Assembly (NCBI GenBank): GCA_951406725.2
Contig: OX597818.1
Span: forward strand, 24,614,001-24,678,000
DNA: 64,000 bases
Origin: Octopus vulgaris
Taxonomy: Eukaryota
Direction: 5' to 3'
The translations under genes and the position numbers were made by a program. The notes beneath the pieces are model-generated. The model was not told the origin of the DNA. It did not search any database and saw nothing but the letters and a program-made list of their open reading frames with translations. Each line of letters opens with the position of its first letter. The first letter of the stretch is position 1. Shown piece after piece: positions 1 through 12,085 of the stretch.

Positions 1-2719
1 AGAAGATAAAGATGATACAACAATAGGAAACTAAAATTTTCAAATTCACATAAATAATGTCGGAAGGTAGTTCACAATGGTAACAGCATTTTAAAAATTA
101 TTCCATCAATATTCTTAAATGAAAACATTTGAAATACTTTTAGACATTATTTTTGTATAAAGGAATGGTACAATATGGTGGTGAAAGCTACTCAAAATCA
201 AGAAAAGGCATGAAAGCTCTAATCAGGACAACATTTGGCTCCACTTATGAAATGATACAGGAACATGATGAATAAAAGGATGCATTATTACAGAACCATA
301 AGAACTAGACATTAGAGAGAGGTTTAGTGAGAGTTTCTTTTCTCTTGTGATCCTGATCATTGCTTAAATGTCTATTTTCTGCTTTAGTATGGGTTAAACA
401 AATCTGCAAGGCAGACTTGATGACAATAGTGAGGACAGTGATGCAGTTTCATAAATGGAAATATTTATAAGTTACAAGGTTAAATTGATATTGTAAGAAG
501 CTCTCAATAGAATAATTTTAATATATTTTGTTTAAATAACGATAATAATCACCACCGTCAATTTCAGTTAATAAAAAAAGAATCAGCAAACAATAGAAAA
601 GGGAAAATCTATTTTCTTCACAATGCAGATGGAAACAAAGCAAAATTCATGTAGTAAACACTGACACATACCAGAGAGAGAGAGATTTGTTGTATAGAAG
701 TTTGGTAAAGAGCTGTATGCTAATTAAAATACTGCAACTTTTTTTGCATAATAATGTTAATCAGTGCAGTGCCAATGTAATTAGAGACCTTCTCATCATT
801 TGTGAGTGGCTAGAAATCATATGAAGGTATAGGTTCAGCCAAGACAGAAAAGGAAAAAAAAAATAAATGGTTCTGAACAGCATGATGACAAATAATTAAG
901 ATATGTTTTAAATTATTAAACTTTCCCTTATATTTTTGTTCTTTATTCAGGAGTATATGGCAGCTGAAATATTCCAATTTCATGCACCAGAACTAATGAT
1001 GGTTGTAATTATGTCTGAAACTACAAAGTTTTCTTTTATTAGATGTGTTACTTTGATAAGATTAAGGTTTTATGGAAAGATTTTTATATTGCACGAGTAA
1101 ATATCTTTTAATAATATGAATGTATTTGTCAGTGAAGTGAATTGTCAAAAGAAAAGTTTAATGAAAAAACAAACATCATAAATACACTACCACCGTTGTT
1201 CTATTTATCAGAAAATCATTGGAAAACATAAATTATGAGATAATGGACTGGTCCAGACAGCTAGCCACATGTAACATGCTAGATAATATTTCTTAAAACT
1301 GCAATGACTGGATGTGGCAGTATTGAAACATTTACCAGAAGCAACCATTAACAAATAAAGAAGAGAACGATTTATGAACAAAATAATTTACAGAATAAAA
1401 TACAAATACAACAAATCCACTTAATACAGAAACTAAGGTATGAAAAATAAACATTCTTCTGTCAAAATGTACATGAAAATCATTCATATAGTGTCCTCAA
1501 TAGATAAGCAGTAACTTACATTTTCAAACTGAAATACTTAGATTTAAAGACTAGATTCATATGGAAAAAGTATAATTTATATTGCAAATTACATCAAATT
1601 ATGTAATCCATACTTTGCTGATTTGCTAACTTCTTTCAATAAGTCCTAAGGAAATCAAAGTACAGCATTTTGACAGTCTCTACATTACCACCAATCTTCA
1701 CCCAAAGTCACTAAATTAACTTTGAGCCTAATAAAAAGCTGGAAAAAAATGATTTACTTTCAAAACTATGAAAAATTGTAAAAGAACAAGAATAAATCTG
1801 ATTAACTCTGTAGAGAATCTCCCTTCTCTACACTAAAATCCACTGATTTCGATTAAACATTGTTCCCATTCATCAACTCCTATTATTGCACAAAGACAAG
1901 TCTTATTTGTCCAGGATGCATGATGTATTCTAATTTCTTGCTCAAAAGTGGTGTCTGCACTTACAGGGAATCCGCTCTTCCATCTGGACATATACAAAGA
2001 ATCTCAGTTGATCTGACCTGTATATCTCTTTCCTAACCTTAAATTTTCATCTGCTGTCTCTACATCCCCAACCATCAATAGTTGTTCGACTATATCTCAA
2101 TCTTTTAGGGATATTACAGGATATTTATCTCAGCTCACCTTTTACTGATTTTGTTGACTCCAAAATACAAGTCCTCTTGGTTTCTGAACACCTCTAACAC
2201 CAACAGAACTGGGTTGAAACTCTATTTGCTATTCTGAATTACCTGCATCAATTAGTATCTTCACTGACTTCTGTTCTTAATCAAAAACAACTTTAACACC
2301 TTTCTGAGTGCCAAACCAAACTTTTACTCAATAATCAGTCTCTACTGTCCTCCACCTACTAAATCAGAGTCAAAGTAACCTACTTCTCATAATCTTAACG
2401 ACCTTCCAAAACCACTGGTATTTTTCAATCAACTAAATAGTTGGAATTCTATTGATTTTGACAGCAACTATGTTTCACATCTGATACATCCACCAGATCT
2501 TGATGTTGTATTCTCTCATTACACTGAAGAAATAGTTCCTATCCTCACCAAACTCACTCTGTACAGAGGTCAAGCCAATCTAGAAACATGTAAAATTGTG
2601 CCTCATTCCCAAGAAAGCAATCTCTGACTCTACTAGCTACTTTCAAATTACCTTCATTATCCTTACCACAAACCTTAACTTCCAATATTGTAAAGAGGGC
2701 AAAAACTTGTGAACAATCT

Positions 2720-3441
2720 ACTCTGTTTACAGTAGTGCTTAAGAAGGAAGGTGTGTAGTGTGTGATTATTGCATTGACCATAACAGAGAAAGTTGAGCAG
2801 AAAATCTGCATCAAATTTTGCCAAAAGCTTGGTGATACCTGCTCAGAGCCCTACACAAAGTTTTCAACACAATCAAGATCTTGTGCAACTGATACCTTTT
2901 TGGTCAGCTGAAAGCAGTTTGGCACAAACTTAGCAGACATGCATATCATAACCAAATCTTCAGTGATAATGGATTGAACTGAATCATAACTGATTTGCAC
3001 ATCTGATAACTCACGGATGGTGATTCCATGATTCCCCCTCACAGCTGCATGCACATCTGCAATGTTTTTCTCAGTTCTGCTGATTGCAGGTCTCCCAAAG
3101 TATTCGTCAATAGCGACATTTTTTCAGCTATCTTGGAAACGTCTGAACCACTTGTACACTAGTGTGCAGCCCATACACTCCTCTCCATACACTTTCTGCA
3201 ACTTCATGTAAGCCTCTGAACAGGCATCACCATGACAACTTTCTCTATCATGGTCAATGCAATGATCACGCGTTACACACCTTCTTTCCAAGCACTGCTG
3301 TAAACAGCGGAAGTGAGAACATTAAACCTTAGTGCACATGCACAGCAGAGTTCAAGGTCAATCTTTGCCAAGTGGCTTCACTCTGTGTGCTTTAGCTTCT
3401 ACTATGGCAAAAGTTCGGATACTTATTGATCAGACCTCGTA
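2720..3441 (-). mobile_element. Mariner-family relic with fold-back 5' ends
   Basis: Mariner-type terminus TA|CGAGGTCTGATCAATAAGTATCCG on the minus strand at 3416-3441. Transposase N-terminal HTH remnants on both strands (EQKICIKFCQKLG on plus; ITIRELS..QISYDSVQSIITEDL.M..SAKFVP on minus). Confidence 0.8.
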
Positions 3442-3864
3442 TACACACACACAACAGGCTTCTTTCAGTTTCTCTCTACCAGAGTCATTCACAAGGCTTT
3501 GATCTACCAAGAAGACACTTGTCCAAGGTACCATGCAGTGGGACTGAATCTGAAACTATGTAGTTAGGAAGATCCAATATCCTGCCTGTGATATTTGTTT
3601 TGTATGTAAGAGAAAAAAGAAACTTTCTATATATCTGTAGATCACAAAAAAAACAGCCAGTGCTACTATTCTCTTTGCAACACTTGCCTAAATGTCTTCT
3701 GCATTCAAAAATTATCACTGAGTTAGTCATTCACAGAACTTCTCTAAAAGGTATGTTAACATAGGTAGTTTCAAAAATTATATCTCTGAATCAGTAACCG
3801 CTTAAAAACTATAAAGGTTTTATATTGATGGCATCAGTTAAATTGACTGCACAAACCAATAAAT

Positions 3865-4093
3865 ATTTTTTTTTCTTTATTGCCCACAAGGGGCTAAACA
3901 TAGAGGGGACAAACAAGGACAGACAAAGGGATTAAGTCGATTACATCGACCCAAAGTGCGTAACTGGTACTTAATTTATCGACCCTGAAAGGATGAAAAG
4001 CAAAGTCAACCTCGGCAGAATTTGAACTCAGAATGTAATGGCAGACAAAATACCGCTAAGCATTTCGCCCGGCATGTTAACGTTTCTGCCAGC
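3865..4093 (-). mobile_element. tRNA-derived SINE, family C (degraded copies near 9930-10010, 22465-22600, 42640-42800, 61340-61490)
   Basis: Head gagctggcagaa...gagttcaaattc (Pol III B-box), body ttcatcctttcagggtcgataaattaagtacc, A-rich tail. Multiple copies in the window. Confidence 0.75.
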
Positions 4094-4396
4094 TCAATAA
4101 ATATTAACAGTAAAAGACTACTTATATATTTTCTCATACTACCTGATTGTTACTCAAGTGTTATTCCTTTTTCTTTTTGGGTACTCATTTGTTGGAAATT
4201 TGCTCTCTGATTTCATTACCTCTCACCGCACCCCTGATTTCTTTATTCTAATCCGATATTAAACTTGTAATTATGAAATTCTGTAAGTTTCAATCATCTG
4301 ATACTGAATTTATTTGATTGGCTGTAAGTAGAATGCTCAAAGAAGACATTATTGAGCCACGTGACTCACTCTGATGATCACGATTACATGTTTATA

Positions 4397-4970
4397 CAGG
4401 GTGGGGCAGAGAGGACAGAGGAGATTAAAAAATTCACAAAATCATTAATTCTAGCTGCAAACAAATTTTATTGAATTAGCATTTGTCAAAATCATGTGAT
4501 GTCCTTTTTCATTGATGCATTTCTGAAGGTGTTCTTGGAAGTTGGCCTCCACTCTCTCCAGCATTGCTCTGTCAATTTGGGTAACTTCTATGCAAATAGC
4601 TTCCTTCAAATCATCCAACATACATGGCTTATGTGCATACACATGTGCCTTGAAGTTTCCCCACAAGAAATAATCACACATGGACAAATCAGGGGACTGG
4701 GGGTGCCAAGGAATGTCAGCAAACCTGGAAATGAGGCAGTCACCGAAGATAGGGCGAAGAATACCCTTTGATGTTCTGGCTGTGTAGGCCATTGTTCCAT
4801 CCTGCTGAAACCACACACATCAAATAGGAATATGTTTTTGTTGTAATTCAGGCACAAAGAAGTTGTTTATCATCTCGATTTAATGCTTGGAGTTCACATT
4901 AACAGCATTTCCATTATTGTCTTCAAAAAAGTAAGGACCAATGTTGGCAGCTTTTCCAACAGCACACCAG
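4397..4970 (-). mobile_element. Tc1/mariner-superfamily transposase 3' fragment
   Basis: WFQQDG...WHPQSPDLSMCDYFLWG catalytic-domain motifs. TA|CAGGGGTGG terminus at 4395-4405. Confidence 0.85.
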
Positions 4971-4974
4971 ACTG

Positions 4975-6150
4975 TCACTTTTGGGCTGGGCTGTGTTTGG
5001 TGGCCTGGGTTGGCTTACTCGGTGGAGAAGTTTGTCAAATCTTGTGATAGTTGTCAGAGAGTTAGGCCAAATTTAGTAAAAGCAAATGATACACGGCCTA
5101 TTTCTGGGCTCTGGGAACAAGTGCATATGGATTGGGCATATGTTCCAAACATCAGTAACATACCTGTGATTGTAGGTGCCTATTCAACATGGATCAAGGT
5201 ATTTTGTGTTCTAATCGCTCAACTGAGGTGGTAAAAAGCAAGTTGTTTGATGTCTTTGCTTGTTTTGGTGTACCCATAGCCTTAGTATCAGACAATGGAC
5301 CTGAATTTGTTGCGTTAAAAAATATGTTGTCATCAATAGGTTGCAGGAAAACTGAGACACCTGCTTACAGTCCAGCATCTAATGGCACTACTGAAAGGGC
5401 CATACAAACTGTGAAAGCTGCACTGAAGCATTCTGATCCAAAGACAGGGAATTTTGGAATCTACTTGAATAAAATTCTGTTCAACCATCAGTGCCTCAGG
5501 TGGTTGTAAATTATCACCAGCTGAAAAGTTAATGAGGTTTGCTGTAAACCCATTCTTTGAAATAGGTGATGATGTAATACACAAAACCATGTTCGACAAG
5601 GTTGCATCAAAGGCAAAATATGTGATACATGACAGAAAGAATACTGCATGGATTAAGGAGGGTCGTCCACTGCAATTAGTGGCAGTTGAGCAACTGGTCC
5701 CACTAAACACACAGGAACCAGAACCGGATCATGTTGAGTCTGCAAGGATGCCTAAAGGTGACAGTGCAATCATATCAAGTTCCCAGGCGAGGAATGACAC
5801 CAACACCAGAGATGTAGAAGAAGTGGAGCAGCCCATTATTGACGATGCTAGCTGTCAAAGATTGAACACGAAAATTTCATCAAGTCCTCAACTAAGGCAA
5901 AGTGCAAGAATTGCAGCAGGACGTAAAAAGCCAAAACACTTTGAGAAGGAATGTGATAATTGCATTGGGTTGCTGATTTAGTATCCAGATATATATATAG
6001 AACTCTCGTGCAATCATGTGGAGATCATGGGTTGAGAAATGAACAAGCTGGCAGTCATAAAAGGGGTGATACTGCTATGCACAGGGAGGATGCTAGGAAC
6101 CGTACAGCATGGCCCTTGGAAGTGAGCTGTGCAACTTGCAGTTATGAACA
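4975..6150 (+). mobile_element. Gypsy/Ty3 LTR retrotransposon integrase fragment with possible PPT and 3' LTR start
   Basis: WWPGL...VKSCDSCQ zinc finger, WEQVHMDWA, LVSDNGPEF and PAYSPASNGTTERAIQTVK (DDE), frameshifted. Purine run gagaaggaa followed by TG at 5952. Confidence 0.85.
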
Positions 6151-6967
6151 TTCAACATATTTTCTATAGAAGTGAAACACAACAGTTACTCATGTCACAA
6201 AATTTCTTCAACTGTCCATATTTGCTTGACCATGTTAGTTACTGTCTTTGGTTCATCTAGGTATGGCCTCTCAGATACAGGAACTTCCTTCAGATCTTCC
6301 AAACTGAAGTTTTTCCTTAAAAAATGGTCACAGAAATGCACATGCCAATTTGGCTTCCCTTATATAGAAATATTCTGGTGAGGATGTACATATGTAAAAT
6401 GGACAATTCTTTAGTCCCAAGAAAGTTCATTATGCTCACATTTATTCTCTAATTTGTTGAGAAGATACTGTAGTAATTAGATTCTTAGCCCCATCAAGAG
6501 ATTTTCTAGATATGCTTTAGCATAATGAAAAGTGTTCCAACCAAATGTATGGAAATTCCTGAAAACTGCCCTGGCTTGTCTATTGTGACTCATGATAGAG
6601 CCCTGACATTGTAACCTGATAAACCCTGACAGAACCTTCCAGAGACTTTGCAGTCCTACTCACATTAGAAAACCAATTGAAAGATATAGTCACACTCAGA
6701 AAAATATTGTGAGATATTGCTCTAATGATTTACCCATTTGGTCATTGATATTGTTCTAATAATGTTGTATATGTGGTGTGGTGGAGAATTTCAGGCTATT
6801 ATAAAACAGTGGATTCTGCAGCTATAGATGCTTTATAAACTGCTTCTGAGCGTTTTGCCTGTAAAAGTCAGTAAAACCTTTAGTGAATTACATCTTGCTT
6901 TAAACTGACTAACCTCTTAAGGTATTCTTATTTCAAGCAGCATTTCAATCTTTTATTTTTTTGTGAG

Positions 6968-8460
6968 AAGTTCCAGGTGTGGAAGGAGGGTCTAGAATCG
7001 AGGGGCCTTAGAGTCAACCTAGCTAAAACCAAAGTACTAATAAGTAGGAAGGTAGAAAATCCACAAATGTCTTCAGGAAGATGGCCCTGCTCGATCTGTA
7101 GAAAAGGTGTAGGTAGAAACTCTATAAGATGTACCCAGTGTAAGCTATGGACACATAAGAGGTGCAGCAATGTCAAAGGAAGGCTAACTAGGAAGATGGT
7201 TTTTGTATGTGGCAGATGCTCGGGAGCATTAACCTCTGAAAATCTGCAGAAAACAACTTCCGTCACTTTCCAGGGGAAAAACTAGAAGTAGTTGATAGCT
7301 TCCGTTATCTTGGTGACCAAGTCAGTAGTGGGGGTGGGTGTGGTGAAAGTGTAACGGCTAGAGTAAGAATAGCCTGGGCAAAGTTTAGGGAGCTCTTACC
7401 TCTGCTGGTGACTAAAGGCCTCTCGCTCAGAGTAAAAGGCAGACTGTATGATGCATGTGTACGAACAGCCATGCTACATGGCAGTGAAACATGGGCCGTG
7501 ACTGCTGAGGACATGCGTAAGCTTGCGAGAAATGAAGCCAGTATGCTCTGATGGATGTGTAATGTCAGTGTGCATGCTCGACAGAGCGTTAGTACCCTGT
7601 GAGAAATGTTGGACTTAAGGAGCATCAGTTGTGGTGTGCAAGAGAGACGATTGCGCTGGTATGGTCATGTGGCGAGAATGGATGAAGATAGGTGTGTGAA
7701 AAAGTGCCAATCCCTAGCAGTGGAGGGAACCCGTGGAAGAGGTAGACCCAGGAAAACTTGGGCTGAGGTGGTGAAGCATGACCTTCGAACTTTAGGTCTC
7801 ACTGAGGAAATGACCAGCGACCGAGACCTTTGGAAATATGCTGTGCGTGAAAAGACCAGGCAGGACAAGTGAGTTCAGCCCACTTATGCATGCCTTTCCT
7901 CCCTTGGACACACAAAGACCTGTTGAGGCAAGCGAAGTCGATATCGAACCTCATCCGACGACAGGCACCTATGCCTACCCACCTTTGCTTGCGAAGACCT
8001 GTTGGGGCAAGTGAAATCGAAATCGAAATTGAACCAATCCTATGACTGGCACCTGGCAGATGCCAGGATCCCTGGACTGGAGATACGTAAAAAGCACTAT
8101 CCGAATCGTGGCCGATGCCAGCGACGCCTCAACTGGCTTCCGTGTCGGTGGCACGTAAAAAGCACCATCCGAATCGTGACCGAAGCCAGTGCCGCCTCGA
8201 CTGGCTTCCGTGCAGGTGGCACGTAAAATGCACCAATCCGACCGTGGCCGATGCCAGCCTCGCCTGGCTCCAGTGCAGGTGGCACATAAAGAGCACCCAC
8301 TACACTCACGGAGTGGTTGGCGTTAGGAAGGGCATCCAGCTGTAGAAACATTGCCAGATAAGACCGGAGCCTGGTGCAGCCTTCTGGCTTCCCAGATCCC
8401 CGGTCGAACCGTCCAACCCATGCCAGCATGGAGAACGGACGTTAAACGATGATGATGATG
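6968..8460 (+). mobile_element. RTE-clade LINE, 5'-truncated, with full 3' UTR and (GAT)n tail
   Basis: GLRVNLAKTK, Cys-rich insert, FRYLG, LYDACVRTAMLHGSETW, RRLRWYGHVARM and RGRGRPRKTW. Ends ggacgttaaacgatgatgatgatg. Confidence 0.93.
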
Positions 8461-9260
8461 TTAGTGTGCACAAGAACAAATTATTAGTCGATTACTAGAA
8501 ACAGTTGTTGCTTACAGAATCAAGGATCTGACAATGTAAAAAGATGCTATCAGAATTTATGTGGGAAATGAGTGATTAAAGAACTATAGATTCACTTTTT
8601 CCAATATAACACCCTTGATTTGCTCGCATTTGCCAAGTAACAGTTTCTCATGACCGTATTTATCTCAAATAGAATATTCTTTTTATGAACTTCCTGAATA
8701 CAAACAGGTAAAAAATAAAGCTGAAAGAAACTTATAGTGGTCTAGTTCATGAGTTTAAATAAATTCCTGTGCTGTGGCCAGAGATTCTTTTGAAATTTTA
8801 AATATACTTCCTTCTGACATAAATCTAATGGTGTATCATAAGTACTCAATAAGGGTACGCTGAATTTTAATATGCTACGTTAGAAGAGGTAGAATGGCAG
8901 TGATTTTAAGGTACTGGGTTTCTGATTGGCTTAATGTTGAAACTTTAATTCTGCCGGCAGTACACTAGCTGGTTGACACAGATTATTCTACTACTACTAC
9001 TACTACTACTACTATTACTTTGTAGGGGAGTGATTAGTAACAGGGTAGTCGACTGAACCAAAAGAAAATATTGTAGGGATAATACAGAAACTTTCTGAAA
9101 CAATAAAAAAGAGGGAATTTTTTAAATAATGTGCTTCATGTTTAAGTAACAATGTGCTAATTTTCTAAATAGTAGACAAAGTTTGAAAAAAGCATAATAC
9201 AGAAGTAACCCAATATGAATATATATGTTAATAGTTGAGCTAAGAGGCTAAGCCAATATA

Positions 9261-9422
9261 GGCGTAGGAGTGGCTGTGTGGTAAGTAGCTTGCTTATGAA
9301 CCACATGGTTCTGGGTTCAGTCCCACTGTGTGACACCTTGGGCAAGTGTCTTCTACTATAGCCTCGGGCCAACCAAAGCCTTGTGAGTGGATTTGGTAGA
9401 TGGAAACTGAAAGAAGCCTGTC

Positions 9423-9460
<38 letters not shown>

Positions 9461-9651
9461 TAGTCCCCCCAACATTGCTTGACAACCGATGCTGGTGTGT
9501 TTACATCCCTGTAACTAAGCGGTTCGGCAAAAGAGACTGATGGGACAAGTACTAGGCTTACAAAGAATAAGTCCTGGGGTCGATTTGCTCAACTAAAAAT
9601 GGCAGTGATCCAGCATGACCACAGTCAAATGACTGAAACAAGTAAAAGAGT
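9261..9651 (+). mobile_element. tRNA-derived SINE, family A, near full length
   Basis: A-box tggctgtgtgg, B-box ggttcagtccc, CORE-like ccttgggcaagt, internal (TA)/(TG) tract, tail cagtcaaatgactgaaacaagtaaaaga. Other copies at 13120-13462, 23170-23430, 24712-25030, 33931-34080, 34452-34590 and 49621-49760. Confidence 0.9.
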
Positions 9652-12046
9652 ATTTCCAGACAACATCTCATTTCAGTTCATATGAAACATATGCACGAAC
9701 AATATTAAAGAGGGAATTTTTTTTAATAATGTACTTCATATTTAAGTAACAATATGCTAATTTTCTAAGTAGTATACACAGTTTGAAAAAAGCATAGGAT
9801 AAAAGTAACCCAATACGAATATATATGTTAATAGTTGAGCTAAGAGGCCAAGCCAGTATCTGATTCTTAGCTAATTGATTCACAGTTTGCAGAATAATGA
9901 TTACCAATAGGGGCACAAAGTCACGAATTGTAGGGGCAGAATTAATAATTTTAGAATATGATTGGTACCTATTTTGTTGAACTCATAATGTAAAATGATA
10001 AGTAAATATCAGCTCTAAAACCTCTACCATTTAATCACCCAAATAATCACAATTGCTGTTATCTAACCCAAGGTTAGCACTGATTGAGGCATTCCCATGG
10101 TCACATGAGTTCCAACACTGACCATCCCTATTTTATTTCCAAGCAGAATATATATATTTAGTTTTACATTTTACAATGGGCCTGGCTTTTTTATTTTGTA
10201 AGATGTGAGTGGTATTTATTTAGAACAGAATGAATGACCACGTAGACAAAAATTCCTGGCGTTGGCACAAGGCCACGCTTTTCCTATTTGGAAGGAGTGA
10301 GGTGGGGTGGGGGGGTTACTTGACTTCAATGCTATATTTGTAGATATTTTATTGACTTTGGTGAGATTTGAACCTAGAACGTAAAGAGGTGTAACTAAAT
10401 ATTCTCTCTTATTTCTTATTCTACAGTCAACTTTGTATTAGTTAAATTTCCTTCAAATTGCCACCTTACTATCTTAAAAGTACGTGTTAGATAATATAGT
10501 CCAAGATATATCAATAAAAGACTGGATATTCATAGATGGAATACTTTTAGGTCTGCTCGATTGCAACTGACCTAGGACTAAACAACATAAAAAAGGTCAA
10601 GGTAATGTAATACATATTTGTGTTTGCAATGTTTCCCAATTACTGCAAAATCCATAAACTTAGTTGTCGCCTTAGTTCTGACTTGTAGCCAAGTTCTCTG
10701 TATCTGAAAAACCCATTTCTCTCTATTAGAAACCTAAAGTATATAAATTTTCACTTCACAGACCTCAAGGATCTGCACATCTCTATATCATACGCTAAAT
10801 TCGTGTCACTAGTAAATCAATATCACGATACAAACACGGAGTTAATATACAATTAAACCCTTTTTTTCTCCAGTTGCTGACTGGATCTTAGGTGTCGCGG
10901 ACTTGGTTTACGAAATGTAATAGGTAATCTGAGTACTGCATAGTCATGTTTCATTGAAGAGCAAATTCCTGGTTCACTTAACACACTTTTCTCAAAATAA
11001 TGTTAGAAAACAGTCGTGCAGAAAGGTATACCTCCCTGCTTTCCTAACGTCCTCTTATTAAGTACTCATTACAAGTTTTTCATAAAAACTGTCGCTAATC
11101 TATATTGAACTCACTACAAAAATAATCGATAACAAGAAAATGTTAGCTTACGGTCTTACTACACTTGAATTGACATACTTCGTAAAGAAAACTTGTCTGA
11201 AGCAAAAATTGCTTGATGTACAAGTATTAGTTATCGGTGTGTGTGTGTGTGTTTGTGTGTAAACATCGGACATTACAAAATCAGAAATGCATACAACCAT
11301 TAAAGTAATAGAAATAGCACAATATCAACAATAAATTAATTTTTATGAAATTCTCTAACAAATGTCACTCAAGGTTTGAAAATTACTTCAAAATATTAAT
11401 AATGATTTAATTATAAGTTTTGTGAGATTTGAAAAAATGTTGGGGTGGGGACAGAATAGATCGGGAGGTTTGTGGTTTTACGGAAGTCTATTAGTTAACT
11501 ACTAACAGTAATTAGTACTTAAACATTTACATTCAACACACAGACTCACGGAAATTAATTCAATAACACCCAACAAAAAATAATTAACTGAATTAATAAT
11601 GGTTTATTTAGTTATTGTAACAAAAGAATTTTTATGGATTTATCTGACCACTATCCAGCCATGGAATAAGCGGAAAACGTTTCAAGCCTAAGTGAAGTCC
11701 ATGACGCGATTCAATCTTCATGTGCATATATTTCTATATTTTGTGACAACGTGTCCAAAGAGTTTCGATTTTCTCAAGATTGAAAAGAGAAATGAGCTAT
11801 ACAAAAGTGGATACAATAGATATATACTATTTGCTTTTATCACATATATCAGGTTTGTTTTCTCATCGGAATTTTTTTTTATATACCTGAAGCAAACATT
11901 CGCGCACATGCAAGTCTATGTATATGTACTTTTTTCAGTGTTTAAACAAAAAAAAAACTTTTTAGTGGTTGCTATCAATAATGTTTAGTTACGATGAAAA
12001 ATAAAATGCATTCAAACAAAACAAAACAAAAATAAGCTGACTGTTG

Positions 12047-12085
<39 letters not shown>

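Noticed and set aside
951-1003. Possible plus-strand exon (ttcag|EYMAAEIFQFHAPELMMV|gtaatt), and a similar candidate at 63275-63313
   Set aside because: Splice-like signals only, with no homology or partner exons recognised.
1790-2720. Possible exon or LINE endonuclease (IISLYCPP, DLDVVFS on plus)
   Set aside because: Only two short motifs amid many stops. It may be an ancient LINE relic but cannot be supported as a feature.
8060-8300. Regularly spaced repeats as a CRISPR array or twister/HDV ribozyme
   Set aside because: Eukaryotic LINE 3' UTR with homologous inter-repeat sequence and no cas genes. I could not fit twister or HDV consensus nucleotides.
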